A stretch of DNA of 64,000 bases, taken from positions 124,001-188,000 of the forward strand of contig OW569386.1 in the NCBI GenBank assembly GCA_937625935.1. The letters run 5' to 3'. Position numbers and translations under genes: made by a program. Positions 35,438-45,570 of this stretch are shown here, piece after piece. Below the pieces are notes generated by a model, which ran no database searches, was not told the DNA's origin, and worked only from the letters and a program-made list of their open reading frames with translations. The number at the start of each line of letters is the position of its first letter. Within the stretch, counting starts at the first letter, position 1. The stretch is from Tetramitus jugosus (taxonomy: Eukaryota; Protista; Heterolobosea).

Positions 35438-38173
35438 ATGGCGGAGTATAAACAACTTTATCAATCGTCGTCATGCACGATTGATCACACCAAGCAAGTG
35501 TTGGCATCAATGCTGCAGCACCAACCTCTTGATAATTCCTCCAAATCCATACACAAATTTCTTCAATTTACATGTCAAACGTTGTTGGCTCCCTCTCATT
35601 TTGCCTTGTTTTCCCCACATGAGCTTCAAACATTGGTGATCGCCAATTTGTCTGTTCATGGAATAACTGCGATCCAATCCTTGTTGGATGCACTTGTGAG
35701 TTGTGGATCAAATGCTCCCATTCACCTTCAAAACATTGCTCATGTGTTGAGTGTTTTGTTCATGGATGAAAAGTGGATGGAGCGTGTGTTGAGTGAGAGA
35801 AATCGTGGGGATGAAATGGATGCAGAACGGGTGGTTCGCATTTTCATGTCAATTCCAGAAAAAGTGTTAAACAGTGTCACAATGGTGTCTGTCGATGATG
35901 GTGATCATTCTGATAGCCCATCAACATTCCAAAAATCAAAGAGTGCCATGCAAAATATTCCACCGTCCTTGGAGGCCAATCGATTTTATTCCATGTTGAT
36001 TGATCGAGTTTTGAAAATGTGTGGAAACTGGACAAGTGTTGAATGGTCATCTATTATTCGTAGTGATGAACGAGGAGACAGCAATGTTCAAAGTGCCGAC
36101 AACAGTCATTTGGCTGATATTTTGTTGCAGATGATTAGTTTAATGGCGCGAAGGGGTCAAACGAAATTAATAGCTTCTCGATTGATTCATTTTGTGGGAC
36201 ACAGTGAAGTCTCATGCGATCACATGTTTTTATATCACATCTTGCAATTTTTGCAATTCAGGATGGATGCAATGCTCGTACAAAAGATCGTGTTTGCTTT
36301 GTTGGATTTTTCAAACCATAGTTTCAAGATTCGAGAGGCACTAAGGATGACATTCGCAGAAAGTATCAAATCAAATGATTCCTATCGATCTTTATTCTGT
36401 GACAAAGTGTGGTTGAATCCATCTATTGGCTCTCTTGTGGACCGTACACTAGACTTGTCAGTTTTTCTCACAAGTATTATTTTGAACTCTGCGAGCGAAG
36501 AATTAACACAAAGAACACTTGTTACCATTTTAAATGTTTGGAAAGAGGAGTACTTTATTAAGCATTCGACTCAGATTCAACAAACATTTCTAACTAATTC
36601 TCTCTTATTACTGCTCGATGGGTTGTCCGGAGATATGTTGCAGGGTAGTTCTGTGCTATCCATGTGTCTGAAGGGAATTCAAAATCGGTTAGGAAGTTCC
36701 ATACCCATTATTCAGTGCCACGCAAACATGTTGGCTGAGAAAACAAGTCAAATGATGAATCCATCAAATGTTGTGACACTTTTCGACGAATTTCGGGGTG
36801 AACTTCAAAAATTTGAGACGAATGCTCGATCTATCCAATTAACAACAGAAAACGACATTCAATCAATGCCCAATAACGAATTGGATGAGATTTCAGAGCA
36901 TAAGGAGAATAGCAATATGCCAGAAAGTGATGATGAGCAGGATGCAGATGAACTGTTCGATCCTAGCCGTCCATTCCGTATGGATGAATATAATGATGAC
37001 GCTACAGAGAGTAGTGATTCGAGTGAGGAAGGAGACGAACAAAGTGATACTGAGAGCGATTCCAGTTTTGAGGCGCAGGATCTTGAAGATGACACAAAAG
37101 ATTTGGCAAAGATTCAGCCACCGAAGTATCTGCATGATCTCTTGGCTTACCTTCGTACTAGTTCGAGTGATGTTGATATTGTTGACAAATATGAAGTTGC
37201 TCTAAATCATGCCGAATCCCTCATAAAAAGATCAGGAGAAAGTGGCAATAATAGGGACTTGTTCGAGCTCACGACAGCATTGAGTCAGATTTTGTTACAC
37301 ATGAATGAGAGCTACAACATTGAGAATTTTGATATCATGCGCATAAAGGCTCTCGTTGCAATCGGTGTTCACTCAACTGAAAAACTGGTCAAATATCTAA
37401 CGAAGGAATACTACTCAAACTCTGTGAATCTTTCACACAAGCATATGATATTGAACGTGTTATCAGAAGTGGCATTAGAGCTCTCTAACAGAAGTGAAAG
37501 AAAACCAACGGCGAAATCACCAATAGTCGATCAATCTGATACCTCTCAGCAGTATCCATCTCGAACAAGAAGGTGGGGTCGTAAAACAGTCGAAGATGAG
37601 GCGAAACCGAACTTGTTCTTAAAGTATGCCCCATTATTCTTCTATCCGTTTATTAGGGAAGATTACACCTACTATCATAAGCTCTTGAGTGGAGATTCAT
37701 ATTTAGTTTCTCGATTAATACGCACGTGTGGTGTATTTGTGTATTGTTGTGGTACGGACATGACTGTTGGCTATGACATGGCCAGAACACTTTTGAATTT
37801 TGCATGGATGGTTCGATTCCAGATGAACAATACAGGTAGTGGATCTCAACAGAAACAGAATGCTGATAATATCGCGCTTCTACCCCATCACATTAAAGAA
37901 GATACGAGTCACAATTCAAATGGCGAAGCAGAAGTAAGAGCTGCAACTGCTGTTCGTCAAAGTGTGTTGACTGCTATACTACAGTGTCTCATGAGCTTGT
38001 CTGGTGAGTTGTTGATAGAGAATTATCTGGAGCAGATGGATGAAATGATATCTTGGTTAATATCAGAGAGTGAGTTTGATGCAGACAATGAATGTAGGGA
38101 GATTGCGAAGACTGCACTACAAGTACTCCAGTCCAAGATTAATCATTCGAGTGGAGTCAGAGATGATCTTTAA
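35438..38173 (+). CDS. TELO2: Telomere length regulation protein Tel2 (TTT complex)
   Basis: GIQNRLGS, acidic linker then DLEDD...PKYLHDLL, TRRWG, N.F...APLFFYP; likely ATG at 35438. Confidence 0.85.
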   Translation: MAEYKQLYQSSSCTIDHTKQVLASMLQHQPLDNSSKSIHKFLQFTCQTLLAPSHFALFSPHELQTLVIANLSVHGITAIQSLLDALVSCGSNAPIHLQNIAHVLSVLFMDEKWMERVLSERNRGDEMDAERVVRIFMSIPEKVLNSVTMVSVDDGDHSDSPSTFQKSKSAMQNIPPSLEANRFYSMLIDRVLKMCGNWTSVEWSSIIRSDERGDSNVQSADNSHLADILLQMISLMARRGQTKLIASRLIHFVGHSEVSCDHMFLYHILQFLQFRMDAMLVQKIVFALLDFSNHSFKIREALRMTFAESIKSNDSYRSLFCDKVWLNPSIGSLVDRTLDLSVFLTSIILNSASEELTQRTLVTILNVWKEEYFIKHSTQIQQTFLTNSLLLLLDGLSGDMLQGSSVLSMCLKGIQNRLGSSIPIIQCHANMLAEKTSQMMNPSNVVTLFDEFRGELQKFETNARSIQLTTENDIQSMPNNELDEISEHKENSNMPESDDEQDADELFDPSRPFRMDEYNDDATESSDSSEEGDEQSDTESDSSFEAQDLEDDTKDLAKIQPPKYLHDLLAYLRTSSSDVDIVDKYEVALNHAESLIKRSGESGNNRDLFELTTALSQILLHMNESYNIENFDIMRIKALVAIGVHSTEKLVKYLTKEYYSNSVNLSHKHMILNVLSEVALELSNRSERKPTAKSPIVDQSDTSQQYPSRTRRWGRKTVEDEAKPNLFLKYAPLFFYPFIREDYTYYHKLLSGDSYLVSRLIRTCGVFVYCCGTDMTVGYDMARTLLNFAWMVRFQMNNTGSGSQQKQNADNIALLPHHIKEDTSHNSNGEAEVRAATAVRQSVLTAILQCLMSLSGELLIENYLEQMDEMISWLISESEFDADNECREIAKTALQVLQSKINHSSGVRDDL

Positions 38174-39499
38174 TCAATTGGTTTTGGGATTTTCAACTAG
38201 GTACAATTCGTGCAAGAATTGTCTCCACGAAAAGCTGCCTATTCCAGTTATTTGTCTCTTATCTTTCGAAGCATCGCACTTGTAATCTATGATAAGCAAG
38301 TTAGCGGCATCAGGAAGGATCATGTCATCTATCGGTGAATAGTCAGAGATCAAGGGTACTGTGAAGTCTTCTTTCTTGTGGGTTGTATCGCCAGCTTGAA
38401 TATGCACTCCGATCTCCATGTGGTTTGTGGAGAGTGATTGTTGATTTGGGAAGTTGGGATATATCATCGACCATCCCTTCAAATAATTCAGCTCAGTGTA
38501 GTACTTTACCCAAGAGCCTGTCCATCCGTTGCACTCACATTGCGGTATATGAACATTAACATTCATCTCTTTCCTCTTTTCTGCATAAAGACGATAGTAA
38601 AGCCAGTGCTGAGGGAAATACACCGCACCCCACGAACATGGAACTTGATGCAGGAATACCACATCATTCGTTTTGGAGTCCGGCTTGAATTCTCGTCTTG
38701 GAATAGAGTTTTCGCATAATCTCGGCGTATACAACGAAATTCCGTAGATTGATGTGTCAATATCCTTCATGGACTCTGCGTATCGATATTTCAATAATAC
38801 TCGGAGCACATAAAGGAACCAATGTTCGCTCAACTCAATGTCATCCTCCGCTAATAGAACATAGTCATGATCATGAGCTGGATACCAAGACTCTAACACG
38901 GCTGTTACTAAGCCTCCACGCACAAAACGTTTATGAATCCTCTTTGGACCGTGCATCCACTTGAAATCGCTGACAATATCGATTGTCTCTTGGTCAGCTC
39001 CATATTCCACATAAATCTCCAGTGTTACTTTGTGTCCATAGTATTGAGTTTGCAAGGAGTGCAAGAGACGAGCCAAAGATTTGGGACGATTGTAGGTGAT
39101 AACATTGATAGTAAACGAAAATTGAGGGTGAAACATCTCTGGTCCCACAGAGGTAGAAATCTGCGGTTTTTGGTTGAGATAGGACGATCGTAGAAACAGG
39201 GATGCAGTATGCTTGACCTTTCTCTCCAGAGTTTCAAATTGCTTTGACATTTGTTCACCATAGCTGAGTACTTGATTTCGATTGCTTCCATTGAGTGGAT
39301 ATAGAATTCGAGGAGGAGGCAGTGATTCTTTAGTCGTGATATACTGCTTCGTGCTCTTATACTTGGTTGGTTTCCTGTCAGTCTTCTCTCCTCCAGAATA
39401 ATAGTAATGCATAAACAGCGCTACTAAAGAAAAAACAACGAGAGCATACAAGACAAGAAACTTAGTCTTTCGTCCTTGGACTACAAAAGTAGGTTTCAT
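38174..39499 (-). CDS. Type II membrane GT-A fold glycosyltransferase
   Basis: N-terminal TM, ITYNRPKSLARLL, GLVTAVLESWYP, LLAEDDIELS, QVPCSWGAVYFP. Confidence 0.8.
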   Translation of the reverse strand: MKPTFVVQGRKTKFLVLYALVVFSLVALFMHYYYSGGEKTDRKPTKYKSTKQYITTKESLPPPRILYPLNGSNRNQVLSYGEQMSKQFETLERKVKHTASLFLRSSYLNQKPQISTSVGPEMFHPQFSFTINVITYNRPKSLARLLHSLQTQYYGHKVTLEIYVEYGADQETIDIVSDFKWMHGPKRIHKRFVRGGLVTAVLESWYPAHDHDYVLLAEDDIELSEHWFLYVLRVLLKYRYAESMKDIDTSIYGISLYTPRLCENSIPRREFKPDSKTNDVVFLHQVPCSWGAVYFPQHWLYYRLYAEKRKEMNVNVHIPQCECNGWTGSWVKYYTELNYLKGWSMIYPNFPNQQSLSTNHMEIGVHIQAGDTTHKKEDFTVPLISDYSPIDDMILPDAANLLIIDYKCDASKDKRQITGIGSFSWRQFLHELYLVENPKTN

Positions 39500-39619
39500 C
39501 TTGCGCTCGTTTATTATTATTTACGCAGAACTTGCGTTCTGGTGATCGTAGATTTCGCGCCGATTCAATTGAGGGTTCAACAAGAAAGAGCAAACTACTG
39601 CTTCAACTCATTAAATCAC

Positions 39620-41256
39620 ATGCTTGCGGCGGATATTGACTTGAAAGAACTGAACGGATTGGAATATTCTCCAATTGTGATTGACCATGGTTCTGGTATG
39701 TTACGTAGATTCTAACTCCTGTACTATGGTTTTTCTCATTCTAATGATGTTCAATTTCAATATGCAATTTACGTTGTGCAGGAATGTGCAAAGCGGGGTT
39801 TGCTGGAGAAGATTTACCTCGAATAACGTTACCAACAGCTGTAGCTCATTTGAATTATGAAGAAGAACAAGAATGGGAGCAACATACTCAAATGGGAAGT
39901 GCCAGAGCCGGTCAATCTCCTGGTCTTTATCGACAAATGTCTTCAGCAAAAAAAGCAATGACACTGGTTGACAAACGAATGCCGGAACGAGTATCAAGTG
40001 CCTCAAGCATAGCAAGTCCATCTACTCATGTTACTACAGCAAGAGGTAACGCATCAATAGACACGGGAGATTATGTTCAAGATACAGTAACAATTGTAGG
40101 AGATGACGCATTTGGAGTTGACCGATCCAATAGCTCTGTTTCATTTTCGGCCAATTCATACACTTTCAATAGTGTACAGTCGAAAAATGTTAACAAGAAG
40201 AGAGATGGAAAACCATTCAATTCTTTATCCTTTCCTATTAAATATGGAATAATTGGCTTAGAGGAGCCAAGTGACTGGGATGATATGGAAAAGATTTGGG
40301 AATCAATCTTTTCTCATCCAAAGATCAATTGTCCTCCAGAAAGTCAACCAGTACTCTTTAGTGAATGTTCTGAAAATCCCAAGTCTAACAGAGAGAGGAT
40401 TGCCGAGATTATGTTTGAAAAATACAAAGTCCCAGCACTATACTTTGCCAGCAAGCCGGTCCTATCTTTGTATGCCAGTGGAAAATCTACAGGATTAGTT
40501 TTACAAATGGGTCACTCGGTGACTCAAGCTGTTCCAATTTATGAGGGATTCCCACTGTCGCACGCTATCGTTCGAATGAACTTTGGTGGTGCTGACTTGA
40601 CTGAGTATCTGAAACTCCAGCTTTTAGAGCGACTCAAAAGAGATAGTGATGGTTCCTCAGTTGATGGAGCGATTCAAAGAAGAATCGATCTACATAGTAT
40701 AGGCGGTCATAAAATTGTAACTGATATTAAGGAGAAGTTGTGCCAAGTTTCATTGAATTATGAAAAGGACAAGAACAGTCCGTTAGAGAAGGAGTATATA
40801 CTTCCTGATCGTTCCGTTTTACGGATTGGTCGAGAGGTCTTCTCGACTGCTGAGGCTATATTCAATCCCTCTCTTTTGGGTAAGAACAATATTCTTGGTG
40901 TTCATGAGGCTGTTATGGGTGTGTATGATAAATGCGATGGATATATGCGGAACTTATTGGCACAGAATATATTGCTAGCGGGAGGCTCCTCAAATTTCCC
41001 CAATATGAAAACACGTCTAAGTCACGAGTTAAAGTATGCATTCAACACGAAATATGGTTCAAGCTCTCCAATGTCAATACCACAGTTTGGTGAAGAAAAC
41101 TTTCCAATGGTAGTTAAGGAACCAAGGGAAAGAGTTTTGTCTAGCTGGACAGGAGGCAGTATTCTAGCTTCACTTCCAATGTTCCAACAATTGTGGGTTT
41201 CCAAAGGTGACTATGATGACTTGAAATCTCAAGCATTATTCAGTAAGTGCTACTGA
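39620..41256 (+). CDS. Divergent actin/actin-related protein; exons 39620-39695 and 39782-41256
   Basis: Intron 39696-39781 gives IVIDHGSGMCKAGFAGED; NPKSNRERIAEIMFE, VPIYEG, WTGGSILASL, ends KCY. Confidence 0.9.
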
Positions 41257-41342
41257 TATGATCGTGGCGCCAATTTTGTCGCTCATCCTTGTCAATAAAA
41301 GGTGTATCAACCACACAAAAGCTCACGAACAAAAGCGATAAA

Positions 41343-42701
41343 ATGAATACAAGCTGTACCTCTACTAGTCATGAACCAAAAATGATTGAAGAATTTCGTC
41401 AATCTCTTCAGATCTTGAAAAATGAGTACGAAGCGACGAGTCAGAAGTTGTCTCTCTGCAGCAAAGAAAAGGTGTCCTTGTTGGAGCAAATACAAAATAC
41501 ACTTCAAGAAAAAGAGGCCACGGGAAAGAACTTGTCTCAATTGAATTCCAAGAACGCTGAACTCTGCACCAAATCAAGTCATTTGTCATGGCTAATCTCT
41601 TGCAAGAAGAATGAGTTGGGCTTGCTTCGAAAAGAGTACTTGAGTAGTCTTGAAGAGCTAAAGAAATCCACTGAGGAGTATGAGCAAGAAAGAAGAGATA
41701 TGATGAAGGAACTGGAGATTCTGATGGAAGAGAAAGGAAAGTATGCCAATTACAATGAAACCATACAAAAACTGATACAAGAGTGTGAAAAACAAATAAT
41801 GAGTGAGGAACTAGTTATCCAACAGAAAGGGAGTCAGTTGCACCAAGCAGAAAATGATTCCCTTTCCCCCAAAGACAAAATTCAAGAGTTGCAACGAGAA
41901 ATAAGTGTTTTAGCTCTGGAACAGACAAATAGTCAGTCCCAATATGATGACTCGCTGAAAACCTATCTAGAAGTCAAAAAAGATCACGGTAAAATTCGAA
42001 AAGAGCTGACTTCTTTCTCAAAGCAGCACAAGGAAGCACAGAATAGAGTTACTAGCCTCTCAAGAACTGTATCCCAAAGGAAGCAGGAACAACAAGATAA
42101 TACGAGACAGTTAAAGGATATGGCGATCACCATTCAACAAATGCGACGAGAGCTTTCTCAAATTGAAGAGCAAATTTCTTTTGCCGAGCAAGATGCTGCT
42201 CTCCGTGATGTGATTCACTCGAGTAACAATACTCATTCAGTCTTCTACGGCGATGTTCAAAACACTTCTAAATCCTCGCCTGTTCATAATTCGGTTAAGA
42301 GCAGATACAGTTCCATATCTCATTCAAGTCGTCCACAACCATATCAACCCCGAAAAGAATTTACAGTCCAATCTGCAGGTCGCTTTGCCATGAGAGGTTC
42401 CATGCGATCTGTGGACACACCTCAAGCCAATCACAATGCTTCTACTCCAAGATTAAACAATAGACATCAAGATTCCACTCCTGCGAGAGTTTATCGAAGT
42501 GGTAGCCTCACAACATCGGACGACTCTGCTACCGTCAATGATGAACTGTTGGACATTAACTTGGTTCAGAGTATCACAAAGCCCTGTCATTCAACAGAAG
42601 AAGAGAACCCATTTTCTAGCTACTCCTATCCGAGCAACCATCAAGGTAGCTCCAATGGCTCAACCAGAAAACCCTTCAAATTTATCCCTCCTCGCAAGTG
42701 A
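41343..42701 (+). CDS. Coiled-coil hypothetical protein
   Basis: Long heptad-rich region with Ser-rich tail; first ATG at 41343. Confidence 0.65.
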   Translation: MNTSCTSTSHEPKMIEEFRQSLQILKNEYEATSQKLSLCSKEKVSLLEQIQNTLQEKEATGKNLSQLNSKNAELCTKSSHLSWLISCKKNELGLLRKEYLSSLEELKKSTEEYEQERRDMMKELEILMEEKGKYANYNETIQKLIQECEKQIMSEELVIQQKGSQLHQAENDSLSPKDKIQELQREISVLALEQTNSQSQYDDSLKTYLEVKKDHGKIRKELTSFSKQHKEAQNRVTSLSRTVSQRKQEQQDNTRQLKDMAITIQQMRRELSQIEEQISFAEQDAALRDVIHSSNNTHSVFYGDVQNTSKSSPVHNSVKSRYSSISHSSRPQPYQPRKEFTVQSAGRFAMRGSMRSVDTPQANHNASTPRLNNRHQDSTPARVYRSGSLTTSDDSATVNDELLDINLVQSITKPCHSTEEENPFSSYSYPSNHQGSSNGSTRKPFKFIPPRK

Positions 42702-42885
42702 CCCTCGCCCAACAAAAACTACTAAGCAGACATCGGCGAATTTACATCAATGTCAACATCTGGCTGTCAAAAAAAACTGGGAATCCAAAAAATGGCGATG
42801 AGTCTTCTTCAACCACATATCCAAACAAACAAACGCAACACAAAAAACATTATCACGCTCTTACTACCACACTCACAACAACAGC

Positions 42886-45551
42886 ATGAAAACGGTTAGG
42901 AAATCTGTGTTCAAGAACGACAAGGTCCGTCCCGTACTCGTTCACTTGAACAGTTCTGTTCAATACGAAATCCCATTGTTGTCAACCGATCAATTGGGAG
43001 CAGTTATCTTGTACATTGAAAAACGGTTGAATATTACGATTGATGAGACGAGATATGGTTTGTTCACATCCGATGGACTTCAAATCAATCTCAATGCACT
43101 CATGAAGCAAATTAAGCAAACAGAATTCTGGTTGAAACCAGAGTATGACATTACACGAGAGAATGGTAAGATTTCATGACCATCAATCAATCATTCTCAT
43201 ATCATTCTATTGTTCTATTGTGTGTGTCCATTCTTCACGCATTCAAAACAACAACAAAAAAAGCCCTTCAGCTTTTGACTGATCACACAAACTCACACGA
43301 TCCATAACTTTCTTATTTCTCTCAATCAATTGATAATTGTCATGAATGAAACTCTATAGTGCACAAGGTGTTTGGTGTGCCATTGAATCAAGTCATCGAC
43401 AAAAATTCAGCCATCAAAGTTCCATTCGTGCTTCACAAGTGCTTTGAATTCCTGGAGAAGGAGAGATCACTGAGAACAGTGGGTCTCTTCCGTTTGACTG
43501 GCAACAAGAATGAAGTGGAGCGCTTCAAGAGATTGTTTGAGTCACCAACGGCTCGATCCATTGATTTCCCCAACAGTATCGATCCCAATATCGTGACTGG
43601 TATTGTCAAGGCCTTCTTCAGAGAGATGCCCGAGCCTTTGCTCACATTTGCCAATTTTTCAGTGTTTAGTGAGATTGGAGAAACGATAGACGAGGCACAG
43701 AGAATGAGAAGATTGAAATCTGTGGTTCATCAACTACCAGAGCTCAATCTACAATTGTTGAGCTTCTTGATTGAATATTTGGTTCGATTGGTCATGTACT
43801 CTGACAGAAATCGATTATCGAGCAGCAGTTTAGCTGTGGTGTTTGGTCCATTGTTGTTGAGATCTCCGTCAAAGATTGGAGGAGGCGGTGCAGACGGTAG
43901 TTCTGATGCTGCAACAGAGGACGCATTGAGCAAGAGAAGAGGTCTCTCACAGCGAATCAAAAACATTTATATTCATACGATTGGTGACATGATTGACAAT
44001 TATACATTTGTGTTTGAGCAACCATCTGCTGAAGATTTGGAACGATTTGGTTCTCACTCCAACATGTCATCATCCAACAATGGTGGTGATTCCTCTGGTG
44101 TGGACAATGATGATCCATCCAAGAAAAAGTTCCACTTGAATCTATCCAAATTGGCTGCATTGAAGGGTGACTCATCATCTTCTCAATCGGACCAAGACTC
44201 CTCACAACAACAAACAACAATTTCATTGTCTGGTGGCAAAACTCTATCAATCAATCAAGCCGGAATGGGAACTGCAAGAGGTGTAGAGACTGCAGCACCA
44301 AAGTTGGACAAGGGTGCCTTCTTTACTCAACTCAAGGGTGCTTCGTTGATGAATCAGAAGAACAGTTTGAAGAATGTGGGCGTGAAGAGAGCAGATGGAC
44401 CAAACATGGGTTCTCTTGTCACACCACGTAACGCTGGTAATGTATCTACTGTGGACATGGCTATGAATGCCATGGCTTCTGATGCTCACAGAAAGATTAT
44501 TCTCGATTTAGAAGAGAAATTGGCTGCAGAGCAATCAAACGCTGAGAGATTGAAGGAAGAAAAGGAACTCATTAGTCGTGAAGCGATGCAAAAGAGAAAG
44601 GAGTTGAATGACGAGTTGGATGAGTATCATGAAAAGTACAAGCTGATGAAGAATGAAGTTGATCGTGCAAAGAACAAGTGGGACATGCAAGAACAAGAAT
44701 ACAGAAGTCAGATTCAGAGACTTGAAGATGAAATTAGCAGACTGAAGAAGGAAAGCTTGGCACACAAGCTGGCCAGCGACAGTAACAGGTATAATATTCA
44801 TGGCTCTGCCGCTGAAGAGGATAAGCTTTCGGCTAGAAAATCTTTGACTGGTCAAGTACAAGTTTCGAATCGATTCAAGAGAGCTAGCAGAAGATTGACT
44901 GAAGAAATGATGACTCCAATCTCAACTCCCTCAAAGGATGACTCAGACAGCTCAGATGATTCGAGCTCTGAGGAAGAGAAAAAGACGCCTGTTTCCCGCT
45001 CATCATCTCGAGATTCCGGTACAAGAAAACGTTTCTCTTCTGTTCATGGACAACAACCTAATCTATTCAACGACAATGCTAAAGAAGAGAAGAAGCCAAC
45101 CCCAAAGAAGGAAGATTACTTTGCAAAGTGTGCAGGATGCACGAAAGGCATTAATCACGGTGACTCTTACGTCATGGCAAAGGGTATCAACTATCACACA
45201 AGTTGTTTCACATGCCATGGTTGCAAGAACTCTATTAATGGCGCCTTTGCAGAAAAACAAGGCAAATTCTATTGCAAGGAGTGTCTGGACAAGATGAAGG
45301 CCGGTGTTCAGTTGGAATCGAAACCCAATGACACTCCAGTGTCACCTGCTGCTCAACTCAGCGAAGACGCCTGCGGTCGTTGTGGCAGTGACATTCCCAA
45401 GAGTGAGAAAGTAAGAGCATTGAAGCGCCAATTCCACAAAAATTGCTTCAAATGTTTCAAATGTAATTGTGAGTTTGTGGACAACAAGTTCTATTCACTT
45501 GACGGCGATCCAGTGTGCATAGATTGTAAGAAGGAAAGCTTGAAAAAGTAG
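42886..45551 (+). CDS. RhoGAP, coiled-coil and two-LIM-domain protein; exons 42886-43165 and 43360-45551
   Basis: Intron 43166-43359 (GTAAGA...TAG) joins in frame; VFGVPL, GLFRLTG arginine finger, KAFFREMPEPL, VFGPLLLR; two C-terminal LIM patterns. Confidence 0.9.
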
Positions 45552-45570
45552 AATAAAAAGAAAATATATT

